Below the pieces are notes generated by a model. It saw only the letters and a program-made list of their open reading frames with translations, was not told the origin of the DNA and ran no database searches. A DNA stretch of 32,000 nt from Methanobacterium lacus (GTDB taxonomy: Archaea; Methanobacteriota; Methanobacteria; Methanobacteriales; Methanobacteriaceae), in contig NC_015216.1 of the NCBI RefSeq assembly GCF_000191585.1, positions 2,235,557-2,267,556 of the forward strand. The letters are read 5' to 3'. This document shows positions 1 through 10,254 of this stretch, one piece after another; the first letter of the stretch is position 1; every line of letters starts with the position of its first letter. The position numbers and the translations under genes were made by a program.

Positions 1-681
1 CTCTTTCACTTCGAAGTAGATCTGCTTAATTTCAGGAACTGTGAGTTCCTTGGGAACAACCTTTAAAAATTCTGGTGATTCCTGGTATCTCCTTGTTATG
101 TACAAAATATCCGGAGACATTGTGGCAGAGAACAGAAGAATCTGTCTTTCATCTGGAATGTAATCCAGAACGAATTCAATATCTTCCCTGAATCCCATGT
201 CAAGCATTTCATCAGCTTCATCAAGGATCAGCATCTTAACAGAACCCATATCTATGGTTCCGCGCCTCATATGATCCATCACCCTTCCAGGTGTGCCTAT
301 TATAATTTGAACACCCTTTTTAAGTGCTTTTATTTGTCTTTCTATTGGTTGACCACCGTAAACAGGTAGTATTCCAATTTTTCGCATGTACTTGGACAGT
401 TTTTTCATTTCCTCGGCAACTTGTATTGCAAGTTCCCTTGTAGGACACAGTATGACGGCCTGTAGATCTCTATTGGACGGATCCACAGTTTCGAGAATTG
501 GTATTCCAAATGCTGCTGTTTTTCCTGTTCCTGTCTGGGCCTGACCTGTGACATCTTTGCCCTCGAGGACATGGGGTATGGCTAATGATTGAATCGGAGT
601 GGCCTCCTCAAAACCCATATCTTCAACAGCACGCTGTATCTCGCTAGATATATTTAAATCTTTAAATCTAAGTTTTTCCAT
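1..681 (-). CDS. DEAD-box ATP-dependent RNA helicase, N-terminal 227 codons (rest lies beyond the window edge)
   Basis: Own minus-strand translation from ATG 681-679: MEKLRFKDLNISSEIQRAVEDMGFEEATPIQ (Q motif), AQTGTGKT (motif I), PTRELA, LILDEAD (motif II), FSAT (motif III). The frame stays open to position 1. It is absent from the ORF track because there is no stop in the window. Confidence 0.9.
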   Translation of the reverse strand, partial: MEKLRFKDLNISSEIQRAVEDMGFEEATPIQSLAIPHVLEGKDVTGQAQTGTGKTAAFGIPILETVDPSNRDLQAVILCPTRELAIQVAEEMKKLSKYMRKIGILPVYGGQPIERQIKALKKGVQIIIGTPGRVMDHMRRGTIDMGSVKMLILDEADEMLDMGFREDIEFVLDYIPDERQILLFSATMSPDILYITRRYQESPEFLKVVPKELTVPEIKQIYFEVKE

Positions 682-914
682 TTTATCTTCCTTTTAATTT
701 CCTGAACATTCAAAAAAACAATTAGAATAGGTTTCGTTCGACGAACATTATTTCAATATTTGAATCTTTGAAATCTTAAAATTAGAACCTACTGACAATT
801 TGAATTCAGGAACAAATTTTATTCACAATTAATCTTTATTATTTTATTGTAAATCCCCACTTATATAAGTAAGTGATATTGGGGACCTAAATTACAAATT
901 TTGAAATTTACCTC

Positions 915-956
915 AAAAAAATAGTTAAAGGATATGTGAGAAAAAACGGTTTTCCC
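915..956 (-). terminator. oligo-T tracts downstream of lon (T6 at 951-956 and T7 at 915-921 on the minus strand)
   Basis: A-runs on the plus strand lie 15-55 nt past the lon stop (971-973). Archaeal terminators are typically oligo-T. Confidence 0.4.
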
Positions 957-970
957 ACACTTCATTTTGA

Positions 971-2887
971 CTAGTGTGTGACTGGTTTCTGGGGTTTTTG
1001 AAGTATTCCCTTGGGAACCATGTCTGTGATCTTCTTCATCTTAGTTACAAGGCTGGCCTTCCCTGATCCTATTAGGGCGTGTTCTAAAACATCACTCATA
1101 TTCTTTACAGGTATGACCTCTATTTTGTTCTTGTACCTTTCTTCGATTAAAACATCATCCATGTTTGAATAAGGTATTAAAACCTTTTTCATGCCTGCCT
1201 CTGCAGCAGCTTCAATTTTACCAGTGACTCCACCTACTGGCATCACATCACCCCTTACACTCAGGGATCCTGTGAGTGCCACTGACTGATCAACCGGAAC
1301 ATTTTCAAGGGCAGATACCACAGCTGTTGCTATTGAAACACTTGCACTGTCACCTTCAACACCATCATAAGCTTGAAGGAACTGTATATGAATATCATGG
1401 TTGGATATGTCTGTACCTGTGTTTTTCTTGATGAGTGCACTCACATTTTGAACCGCTTCCTTGGCTATATCACCAAGTTTTCCAGTTGCTATGATCTTAC
1501 CCTCATCTTTACTCTGTGCAGGTGCTGCTTCAGCTGCAATTGGGAGAAGTATTCCACTCCTATCTCCTATTATTGCAAGACCATTCACCCTACCAACTTC
1601 ACTGCCTTCAGATTTAAATACACTGTACTTCTTTCTCTGAACAATGTATCTGTCTGCTATCTGCTGTTCTAAGGTTCTTGCTAGTTTCTTTGCACCAATC
1701 ACATGTTCTAAAGTCACGCTTTCAGCATGTTCCCCTTTAGCTATGTCTCCAGCAGCCCTTACAAGACCACCCAAATCCCTTAGCCTGAGTGTTAAAGAAT
1801 CTTTCTTACCAGCTCTTCTTTGAGCTTCCCTTATAATTTCAGCCACAGCTTCTCTGCTAAAATGTGGTATTCTACCATCTTTTTTAACTTCTTGAGCAAC
1901 GAACTGCACCAGTTTATCCCTATTTTCAGGAGTGTCCTTCATGGAATCCTTCATAAACACTTCGTAACCATAACCCCTTATTCTTGAACGCAGAGCAATG
2001 TGCATTCCTTTGAGCACCTGAAGATTACCAGATGCAACCAGAACAAAATCACAAGGAACAGCCTGGGAACGAACCATTGCACCACTGCTTGTTTCACTCT
2101 GACCTGTTATGGAATATTTCTTTTCCTGCATTGCAGTCAAAAGCTCTTGCTGGGTTTTCATCTGCATGGTACCAATTTCATCGATGTACAACACACCCTT
2201 GTTGGCTTTGTGAATCATACCAGCTTCAACACGGTCATGTGCAGGAGTTCCAAGACCTCCAGACTGGTAGGGATCGTGCCTTACATCCCCAAGGAGAGCG
2301 CCGGCATGTGAACCTGTTGCATCCACAAATGGTGCTGTGTTCTTGTTTTCGTTGTTGATTAACAATTTTGGAACCATGATGGTACTTCGTGGTTTCATTT
2401 GCATCATAACCAAGAGTACTATTCCTGCTGCGATTATAGCTTCCAAGTACCTTCTTAAATAAAATCCAATTGCCAGGATGAGTCCTATTATGATCACCAT
2501 GAAAAAGTTTTTCTTTTCTTCCTGGCTCTTTGCTTTGATCTTGTAATTCATCACAACCTTCTTTCCCTCTCCCGCAGGCATGGCACCTATTAAGGGGTTG
2601 TGTAGGTCTTCGATGTTTGGATACACCAATAGATCTTGAAGTTCTTCAGGCGGCAGAAGTTCTGCCATTCCCTTTGCAAGCATTGATTTACCAATACCAG
2701 GCTCACCTATTAAAAGAACATTTCTTCTTTGTTTTGCTGCCTTAATCACCGTTTCAACAGCTTCTTCTTGACCTATTATTTGATCTATAATCTTATCTGG
2801 GATATCTATATCTCCAGAAGTTGTATAAGTCCTGAAATCAAGCTTTTCCTTGAGTGAACCGTTCGAATTTGAATTTAAACTTGCCAT
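971..2887 (-). CDS. lon: membrane-bound archaeal Lon protease (LonB type)
   Basis: Walker [14 protein letters not shown]. Two hydrophobic helices are inserted in the AAA+ module ([29 protein letters not shown]). C-terminal Lon protease domain ([16 protein letters not shown] ... [10 protein letters not shown]). I prefer ATG 2887 (MASLNS...), which has AGGAGG 12 nt upstream. The ORF-track TTG at 2920 has no SD. Confidence 0.9.
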   Translation of the reverse strand: MASLNSNSNGSLKEKLDFRTYTTSGDIDIPDKIIDQIIGQEEAVETVIKAAKQRRNVLLIGEPGIGKSMLAKGMAELLPPEELQDLLVYPNIEDLHNPLIGAMPAGEGKKVVMNYKIKAKSQEEKKNFFMVIIIGLILAIGFYLRRYLEAIIAAGIVLLVMMQMKPRSTIMVPKLLINNENKNTAPFVDATGSHAGALLGDVRHDPYQSGGLGTPAHDRVEAGMIHKANKGVLYIDEIGTMQMKTQQELLTAMQEKKYSITGQSETSSGAMVRSQAVPCDFVLVASGNLQVLKGMHIALRSRIRGYGYEVFMKDSMKDTPENRDKLVQFVAQEVKKDGRIPHFSREAVAEIIREAQRRAGKKDSLTLRLRDLGGLVRAAGDIAKGEHAESVTLEHVIGAKKLARTLEQQIADRYIVQRKKYSVFKSEGSEVGRVNGLAIIGDRSGILLPIAAEAAPAQSKDEGKIIATGKLGDIAKEAVQNVSALIKKNTGTDISNHDIHIQFLQAYDGVEGDSASVSIATAVVSALENVPVDQSVALTGSLSVRGDVMPVGGVTGKIEAAAEAGMKKVLIPYSNMDDVLIEERYKNKIEVIPVKNMSDVLEHALIGSGKASLVTKMKKITDMVPKGILQKPQKPVTH

Positions 2888-2940
2888 AACCGATGACAGC
2901 CTCCTGAATTTACCTATCAAAAAATAACGCGACTTGCTTT

Positions 2941-2958
2941 CTATATAATATAATATAC
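2941..2958 (-). promoter_or_regulatory. candidate TATA region for lon
   Basis: Minus strand reads TATATTATATTATATAGA about 55-70 nt upstream of ATG 2887. This would place a TSS near 2924 with the AGGAGG inside the leader. Confidence 0.35.
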
Positions 2959-3311
2959 AAATCTTGCCTATTTATATTTGTCCTTTGAATTTTCCTTAAT
3001 TGATCCCACCATATATTTATAGTTTTGTTTAATTTTTTGATGGTTGATCATCCAGTAACCTAGAGAATTATGAAAACTTAAAGATAAGGTTCGCCCTCAA
3101 TAATTCCCTGCCCAAACCAACGATTCAACTACAGAACATAGTTAAACTTTTATAAAGTCATTTTAATAGCCGCCATCGCCAGCACACCCCGGGTTAATAA
3201 ATTGATACAAAAACTTGAGCAGGGTTTTGGATGTTCCAGGCCATTGAGTAAATAATAAAAACTAAGATCAACATTACTAATTTAAACATAAACTATCAAG
3301 GAGGCCTAAAT

Positions 3312-4844
3312 TTGCAGCGTGAAAACAACTACCCATGTATAATGATACAGGGAACATCATCAAATGCAGGTAAAAGTGTTGCAGTAACTGCCCTGTGCAG
3401 AATATTTGCTAAAAGAGGCTATAAAGTTGCTCCATTTAAGTCACAGAACATGTCCCTAAATTCATACACAACCAATGAAGATGCTGAAATTGCAATGGCC
3501 CAAGTACTGCAGGCAGAAGCAGCAGGTGTGGAACCATCATATAATATGAACCCCATTCTGCTCAAACCAAAGGAAGATTTTATTTCCCAGGTTATAGTGC
3601 ATGGAAAACCTGCAGGAGACATGAACTTCTACCATTACCAGAACAACTTCAGGCAAGAAGCACTCGCAGCAATAGAAAGTTCCATCAATGCATTGAAGGA
3701 AGATTACGATGTTATAGTCATCGAAGGTGCAGGATCACCGGCAGAAATTAACATGCTTGATAAAGACCTTGCAAACATGCAAATAGCTAGGATGGCTGAT
3801 GCAGATGTAATATTAGTTGCAGATATTGACAGGGGCGGAGTTTTTGCATCCATAGCAGGTACATTCTCCTTACTTCCAGAGGAGGACAGGAACAGGATCA
3901 AGGGAATTATCATCAACAAGTTCAGGGGTAATTTGGACATTTTAATGCCTGGAATCAGGCAGATAGAAGAAATTGTGGGAGTTCCAGTTTTGGGTGTACT
4001 GCCCTACGATGATGATCTGAAACTTCCTGAAGAGGATTCAGCATCGTTGTCAGAACACAAGTATCGTGGAGATGGTGATGTTGTAATAGGTGTTCTAAGA
4101 CTTCCAAGAATATCTAACTTCACAGACATAGATCCACTTGAATACGAACCAGATGTAACAATTAAGCTAATTGAAATGGATGATGAAATTGGAGATGTGG
4201 ACGCACTAATACTGCCAGGAACCAGAAACAGTGTGAGCGACCTTGTTGCCCTTAAAAAATCTGGACATGCCGATAAAATCGTTGAACTATCCAAAAAAAT
4301 ACCAGTATTTGGGATATGTGGAGGTTACCAGATTTTGGGAACCATGATCCACGATGAAGATCACCAAGAATCCAAACACGGCACTGTGGAAGGTCTGGGT
4401 TTGCTGGACATTGAAACCAGGTTTGGTGAAGTTGAAAAGGTAATCACCCAAAGTAATGGTATTTTAACTGGGAAAGGAATGTTTAAAGATCTAGAGGGAG
4501 AACTTGTTGAGGGTTATGAACTTCACGAAGGCACAAGTTCCATTAATAACTCCCAAGCCCTCATAAAAATTGTGAAGGGATTTGGTAATGATTCAAAGGG
4601 TTACGATGGTGCAGTGAATGGTTTGGTCTCTGGAACCTATCTCCATGGAATTTTCCATAATTTCAAGTTCAGAAGAACCTTCACTGATCACGTTAGAAGC
4701 AGTAAAGGGATGGAAAAATTAGGATTTGGAACCGATGACTTCGAAGACATGAAAAGATCTTCAATCGAAAGACTGGCAAATATCTTCGAAGAAAATGTGG
4801 ATATGAGTATCATCGATGCAAAATTAGTTGATATCCAAAGGTAA
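3312..4844 (+). CDS. cobQ: cobyric acid synthase (CobQ/CbiP)
   Basis: N-terminal CobQ ATPase P-loop IMIQGTSSNAGKSVAVTALCR. C-terminal glutamine amidotransferase domain with GICGGYQILG and LHGIF. TTG start has AAGGAGG at 3299-3305. Confidence 0.9.
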   Translation: MQRENNYPCIMIQGTSSNAGKSVAVTALCRIFAKRGYKVAPFKSQNMSLNSYTTNEDAEIAMAQVLQAEAAGVEPSYNMNPILLKPKEDFISQVIVHGKPAGDMNFYHYQNNFRQEALAAIESSINALKEDYDVIVIEGAGSPAEINMLDKDLANMQIARMADADVILVADIDRGGVFASIAGTFSLLPEEDRNRIKGIIINKFRGNLDILMPGIRQIEEIVGVPVLGVLPYDDDLKLPEEDSASLSEHKYRGDGDVVIGVLRLPRISNFTDIDPLEYEPDVTIKLIEMDDEIGDVDALILPGTRNSVSDLVALKKSGHADKIVELSKKIPVFGICGGYQILGTMIHDEDHQESKHGTVEGLGLLDIETRFGEVEKVITQSNGILTGKGMFKDLEGELVEGYELHEGTSSINNSQALIKIVKGFGNDSKGYDGAVNGLVSGTYLHGIFHNFKFRRTFTDHVRSSKGMEKLGFGTDDFEDMKRSSIERLANIFEENVDMSIIDAKLVDIQR

Positions 4845-4867
4845 CTAAAAGAGAATTGAATAGGGAG

Positions 4868-5518
4868 TTACTGTGTGAATTTTTTGGTTACTTCCTTGAT
4901 TGCATGGGTCTTGGCAAGTATTGATATCTTATCCCCTTCCTTCAACATCATACCCTCCTTGGGTATTTTTATTTCACCATTTTTGTAAATTGCAGCTATG
5001 ATGTAGTTGTCTGTGGGACTGACTTCCCCTATTTTTTTTCCAATAACCTTCTTGTTGTTAACACTTATATCAAGAAGCTCAGCATTTCCTTTTCCAATAA
5101 CAATCAGATCAGCTATTTTCGGACGTGTTATCAGCTTTTCAAGGTAACCTGCAGCTGTAAGTTCAGGACTCACAACAACATCGATCCCAACTTTACGGAA
5201 AGCATCATCGTGATCAGGGTTACTCACCCTTGCAATTACCTTAGGTATTTTATAATCCTTCACTAGTATGCATGATAAGAGGTTAGCCTCATCATTGCCT
5301 GTTGCAGCTACAAAAACATCAGCATCTGCTATGTTAGCTTCCTTGAGCGTTTTAATGTCGGTACCATTTCCACAAATGACCATCGCATCCAATTCACTCG
5401 CTGCATTACTGCACAGATCCAAATTGTTTTCTATTAAAGTTACATCATTTCCAACTGAAACCAGGGAAGATGCCAGTGCAAGACCAACCCTTCCCCCACC
5501 CATTATAACCACGTACAT
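4868..5518 (-). CDS. trkA: Trk-type K+ transport NAD-binding regulatory subunit (TrkA-N + TrkA-C)
   Basis: Rossmann motif [17 protein letters not shown] at the N-terminus. Length (216 aa) and C-terminal TrkA-C-like segment (GKKIGEVS ... GDKISILA). Confidence 0.85.
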   Translation of the reverse strand: MYVVIMGGGRVGLALASSLVSVGNDVTLIENNLDLCSNAASELDAMVICGNGTDIKTLKEANIADADVFVAATGNDEANLLSCILVKDYKIPKVIARVSNPDHDDAFRKVGIDVVVSPELTAAGYLEKLITRPKIADLIVIGKGNAELLDISVNNKKVIGKKIGEVSPTDNYIIAAIYKNGEIKIPKEGMMLKEGDKISILAKTHAIKEVTKKFTQ

Positions 5519-5893
5519 GTTAACACCATCACAATCGATCTTGAACTTTTTTCGTTAATCATTCAACTGAATAAATTTTATTTGATCCTAATTTTATATT
5601 CACTGTTGTTTTATAGTAATATCTTCATTCTTGAATGATCATGCTATATAAAATTAATGTCCAGTTTTAATTTAATGTAAGGAAATCTTTACAATAAAAT
5701 ATTTCAGTTTTTAACAGGTTTAAGCATTAAAAATCATTAAATTCTAATTATTATCATTTTATAACATTTTAAACCCATTATAAATGGTTAAAATCTTGTG
5801 TTCGAGATTAAATTTAGTAATAATCATTATTTTAGTTGGGGTTTCTGTACCCCGAAATTTTGTTGAAATTTTATTAATGAAGGTTACAAACCT

Positions 5894-5906
5894 AAAAGCT
5901 TATATA
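5894..5906 (+). promoter_or_regulatory. candidate BRE/TATA (AAAAGCTTATATA) for the tRNA-Gly pair
   Basis: A-rich BRE-like run plus CTTATATA, centred about 47 nt upstream of the first mature tRNA nucleotide. This implies a short leader. Confidence 0.4.
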
Positions 5907-5948
5907 CCAGTAACGCAAAACCATGGTATGTTGTCAAAAGTATTCTAT

Positions 5949-6101
<153 letters not shown>

Positions 6102-6118
6102 ATTTTATTAAGCTATCA

Positions 6119-6147
6119 GTTGGAAATCCTTTAGTGGTATTTCCAAC
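6119..6147 (+). terminator. hairpin (9-bp stem GTTGGAAAT/ATTTCCAAC, 11-nt loop) downstream of the tRNA pair
   Basis: Perfect inverted repeat read directly. It is preceded by CATTTTATT immediately after the second tRNA. Its role (terminator or processing signal) is inferred. Confidence 0.35.
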
Positions 6148-6390
6148 CCAGTTTAATATTGTTTTAATTTCAATAAGATTTTTCATTGTTTGTTAAGCAA
6201 ATAATATTAGGAATAAATTCAATTTACTCATTTTTCGTATCATTGTTCATACTTTTTATGGATCGAACAGTAAAATCCATAACGTGTGAAACATAATTTC
6301 AAACTGAAAATCCAATTACTATATGAATACTTATTGTTAATACTCACTTTCATTTTCAGATAATTTTTGGTTTTTAAAATTGTTTCAAAT

Positions 6391-6419
6391 AAAAAAAAAT
6401 AATTGTACAGGAAAAAAAA
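6391..6419 (-). terminator. oligo-T terminator for the CBS gene (T8 and T9 on the minus strand)
   Basis: A8 at 6412-6419 abuts the stop codon (6420-6422). A9 at 6391-6399. Confidence 0.45.
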
Positions 6420-6821
6420 TTATGCAGGTACCAGAAGTTCAGCTGCCACCATTCTACAGATGTCGGTTCTAGTAATTACTCCAACAGGTTTATCCTTCTC
6501 AAGAACAAGCAATCCCGAAACATCTGCCCTAACCATTAAATTAGCAGCATCTTCTATCCCATTGTCTGAATCAATGGTCATAACATCCTCAGACATAATA
6601 TCTGATATACTTAACGATGCCATTTCACTATTTGTGGGTCTTAAACTACCTAAAACTCCTATAAGATCTGAATAGGATACTACTCCCTTGGGATCTCCAT
6701 CAGCATCCAATACAAACAGTCTCCGCACACCTTCCTTATACATCTTCTTAAATGCATCTAAAGGCTTTGATTCTGGATTAACAGTTATTACACCCTGATT
6801 CATGGCTTCTTTGACTTCCAT
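6420..6821 (-). CDS. CBS-domain pair protein
   Basis: 133 aa with two CBS-like repeats (VITVNPESKPLDAFKKMYKEGVRRLFVLD... and VMTIDSDNGIEDAANLMVRADVSGLLVLEKDKPVGVITRTDI). Confidence 0.8.
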   Translation of the reverse strand: MEVKEAMNQGVITVNPESKPLDAFKKMYKEGVRRLFVLDADGDPKGVVSYSDLIGVLGSLRPTNSEMASLSISDIMSEDVMTIDSDNGIEDAANLMVRADVSGLLVLEKDKPVGVITRTDICRMVAAELLVPA

Positions 6822-7097
6822 TTTGATCCTCCAAAATTTTGAATAATCACCATCACAGTCATTAATAAATAGATTTAGTTGAAATGATTAATATTTATTT
6901 GCACATCCAATTTCCAGATGTTGAAAAACATATGAACTAGTTACAGATACATGAAATCATTTCAAATGTTCATCCCTAACAAACTCAAAGCCATAAAAAT
7001 AATCACGATAATAGAAAAAAGTATTAAGTATTAATTATATATCATTTGAATGTGAACTTGACACTACCAAATCCTATTAAATATTTTTGAGGAAAGG

Positions 7098-7105
7098 TTT
7101 AAATA
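7098..7105 (+). promoter_or_regulatory. candidate TATA box (TTTAAATA) for nikR
   Basis: Consensus-like archaeal TATA about 50 nt upstream of the start. The predicted TSS falls in the GTATTAT-G-GTATTAT repeat (7118-7132). Confidence 0.4.
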
Positions 7106-7152
7106 GTGCCAAATTTAGTATTATGGTATTATAAAAATGGGGAGGGAACAAC

Positions 7153-7566
<414 letters not shown>

Positions 7567-7605
7567 ATATTTTTCCTTTTTTTTATTTTTAAATGCATGG
7601 TGTAA

Positions 7606-8418
7606 TTGAATTCATTTTTTATTCTAAATCATATGACACTTGTAAACACTCCGTATCACCACAACTTAAGATCTGATTATGAAAGGTTGGCAGGATTCTT
7701 CGAAGCCATCAAAGAAAAATCTAAGGGCACAGTTTTTGATCTTGGAACAGGTTCGGGTGTTCTATCTTCGTGGGCAGCACAGTATGCAGATAAGGTTGTG
7801 GCTGTAGAAATTAACAGAACAACCTCAAAAATTGCCCAAAGAAATCTTGAAGCCTTCAACAATGTTGAGGTAGTGAATGCCGATGCAAGTAAGTATCAAT
7901 TCAGTACCAAGGCAGATGTTATAATCTGTGAAATGCTTGACACAGCACTCATAGATGAAGAACAGGTACCTGTACTCAACTCAGCACTCAAGTACTTGAA
8001 GGAAGATGGGGTGATAATTCCATGTGGAATTATTAACTGTATAGAACCAGTTGAATCATCATGTGAACATATATCTTATGAAGAAGATGGTTTTCCTAAA
8101 AATTCTGTTCTTGGAGATCCAATATTCTACAGTAAACTAATGTTCAGCAAACCTGTTGAACCCAAGTTCAAGCAAATGTTTATGATCAAGATCAACAGAA
8201 AAGGAATAGTTAATGGATTGAAGTTAACAACATTCACTTTAATAACTGAAAAGATTATCTGCGGACCAACACCCATGTTAAATCCCCCTCTAATAATTCC
8301 TCTGAAGAAAATTAATGTGGTTGAAAATGATATGCTGGAAGTTAATCTGAGTTATGAAATGGGCGGAGGACTGGAAAGTGTTAGAGCAAGAGCTGAAAAA
8401 ATTCATCCAAAACCATGA
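7606..8418 (+). CDS. class I SAM-dependent methyltransferase with PRMT-like core; substrate unknown
   Basis: SAM motif I VFDLGTGSGVLSSWAA, VVAVEIN, and an acidic double-E-like loop DVIICEMLDTALIDEEQ followed by a beta-rich C-terminal domain. TTG start from the ORF track; ATG at 7633 is an alternative. Confidence 0.7.
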   Translation: MNSFFILNHMTLVNTPYHHNLRSDYERLAGFFEAIKEKSKGTVFDLGTGSGVLSSWAAQYADKVVAVEINRTTSKIAQRNLEAFNNVEVVNADASKYQFSTKADVIICEMLDTALIDEEQVPVLNSALKYLKEDGVIIPCGIINCIEPVESSCEHISYEEDGFPKNSVLGDPIFYSKLMFSKPVEPKFKQMFMIKINRKGIVNGLKLTTFTLITEKIICGPTPMLNPPLIIPLKKINVVENDMLEVNLSYEMGGGLESVRARAEKIHPKP

Positions 8419-8881
8419 AAATATCATATTTCTATGCATTGGCAACGAAATGCGGGGAGATGATGCAGCAGGACCCATCATAGCCGAAAAATTCGGCCAG
8501 GAAATTCAGAAACATCCAGATAAGTATCTGATGATGAGTGTGGTGAATGCAGGCACAGTACCTGAAAATTACACCGGAATGATACGATCCAAACAGCCCT
8601 CACACATCATATTCGTTGATGCCGTTGAAATGGGCCTTGATCCTGGAAGTTTAAGACTGGTTCATCAGGATGAAATTGCAAGTTACAGCATATCCACCCA
8701 TGCAATGCCACTATCGTTCATGATAAAATATTTGAAATCATTTTCTGATGCTGAAATAATATTGATTGGAATACAACCCAAATCCCTTGAAATGTTTGAA
8801 GAAATCTCTGAAGAACTTAAAGAAGGTATTGAATCCTTGATGATAGAACTTATAAGGATTTTTCAGTGTCAAGATCCATGA
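8354..8881 (+). CDS. hycI: [NiFe]-hydrogenase maturation endopeptidase (HycI/HybD family)
   Basis: IIFLCIGNEMRGDDAAGP, IIFVDAVEMG and ISTHAMPL match the three metal-ligand segments (E/D, D, H) of hydrogenase maturation proteases. ATG 8354 overlaps the upstream gene by 65 nt. Confidence 0.8.
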   Translation: MKWAEDWKVLEQELKKFIQNHENIIFLCIGNEMRGDDAAGPIIAEKFGQEIQKHPDKYLMMSVVNAGTVPENYTGMIRSKQPSHIIFVDAVEMGLDPGSLRLVHQDEIASYSISTHAMPLSFMIKYLKSFSDAEIILIGIQPKSLEMFEEISEELKEGIESLMIELIRIFQCQDP

Positions 8882-9005
8882 AATAGAAGCTAATATTAAA
8901 GAACTCAATGGATCATAGATATAATATCCAAACATTCGATTAGGATTTCAAAATAAAAATTTAAGCAAATCTGTAATATTTTTCAATTAAATAAACTGTG
9001 ATAAA

Positions 9006-10145
9006 ATGAAGATACTTTTTATAGGCGCACGTTTGTTCGACGATGTAGCACTTTACACCAAACAAAATACAATTAAAACCATTATAACCGAATCTAATTC
9101 TGAATCACCAAATCTTAAACTTTCAGACCAATTTTTTGAAGTTTCGAGGGGAATGGAAGAACCCATGAAAATTGCTATTCAAGAAGAAGTTGATGGAGTG
9201 GTTCCCCTGATAGGTGTTGATGGTCCGCTTGTTGATGTTGCAAAGATGAAAGAAATCCTTGAAAAAGACCATGGCATCCCAGTAGCAAGTTCAGGTGTTA
9301 AAGCCGCTTCAATCTGTGCAGATAAAATTAAAACCAAACAATTCTTTGTTGATAACAGTATTGAAACCCCTGAATTTTTTAAACTCTCAAAAAACAACAA
9401 TGCTAATTTATTAACGAAACTACTATCTAAATCCCCAGTTGTGCTGAAACAGGGCAGTGGCCAGGGCGGATCAGGCATCAAAATCGTTTCAAAGTTTGAA
9501 GAAGTTGGAAACTACTTCGATGGCTTTGATGAAACATTGGCAGAAAAATTTCTGGAAGGGTACGAAGTATCCATCGAAGTATTGAGATGGAATGGAAAAA
9601 CCATTCCACTGGTTCCAGTTCACAAGGGAAAAACAACTATAAATGGTTTGCACCCCCTAAAAAAGGTTAAAAAAGCACCTCTAGATATTGATGGTGTTGA
9701 CAATGATTTAAATAACGAAGAGATCCGGAAAATAGCCATTAAAATTGCAGATACCCTCAATTTAGAGGGAACTGCCGACATCGACCTGATATTCGACATG
9801 AAAACCGGAAAAAATTATGTGATTGAAATCAATGCAAGGCCGAGCGGAACTCGCTACATAACTGGTGCTGCAACCAATGTTTATATCATGCAAGAACTCG
9901 TGAAGATGGTTTCTGGTGTGTGGGATCCCTCTGAACTAAGGGACAGGATCAAAAATTATTCTTCCATCGAAGTACCAGTTGGAAGTTACAGCTCTTCTAA
10001 GAACAACTACAAATTCAGGGAATTTAGTGGTGAAAATTCATGGATAATTCATGGTCCAGAAAACCATGAACGCATCACGATCAGGGGCGATTCAATGGCC
10101 AACGCAGTTAAAACTGCCGAGGATTTGAAAATTTTATTGGAGTAG
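9006..10145 (+). CDS. ATP-grasp family ligase (carbamoyl-phosphate-synthase/Ddl-like fold); probable pseudomurein peptide ligase
   Basis: ATP-grasp pattern: DKIKTKQFF..., VLKQGSGQGGSGIKIV (Gly-rich loop), EKFLEGYEVSIEVL, IEINARPSGTRY. First gene of the cell-wall cluster. Confidence 0.75.
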   Translation: MKILFIGARLFDDVALYTKQNTIKTIITESNSESPNLKLSDQFFEVSRGMEEPMKIAIQEEVDGVVPLIGVDGPLVDVAKMKEILEKDHGIPVASSGVKAASICADKIKTKQFFVDNSIETPEFFKLSKNNNANLLTKLLSKSPVVLKQGSGQGGSGIKIVSKFEEVGNYFDGFDETLAEKFLEGYEVSIEVLRWNGKTIPLVPVHKGKTTINGLHPLKKVKKAPLDIDGVDNDLNNEEIRKIAIKIADTLNLEGTADIDLIFDMKTGKNYVIEINARPSGTRYITGAATNVYIMQELVKMVSGVWDPSELRDRIKNYSSIEVPVGSYSSSKNNYKFREFSGENSWIIHGPENHERITIRGDSMANAVKTAEDLKILLE

Positions 10146-10254
10146 TACATCCATAGATATATATCAATCTAAAATTTATTGAAATAACAGTAAAAATTAT
10201 AACTTTATAAATGAATCTGACCAAAATTATCAAAATAGAGTCATAGGTGGTATC

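Noticed and set aside
1373-2358. Plus-strand ORFs 1373..1672, 2000..2311 and 2032..2358
   Set aside because: They lie entirely antisense to the well-supported lon gene. Composition is Cys/Leu/Phe/Ser-rich and antisense-like. No SD and no recognisable motifs.
3120-3311. Possible cobalamin riboswitch upstream of cobQ
   Set aside because: I could not find the conserved B12-box core (GCCACUG context) or the multi-stem architecture. Such riboswitches are also not established in archaea.
3419-4294. Minus-strand ORFs 3419..3622, 3704..3940 and 4004..4294
   Set aside because: Antisense to cobQ. Ser/Leu-rich low-complexity translations typical of shadow ORFs.
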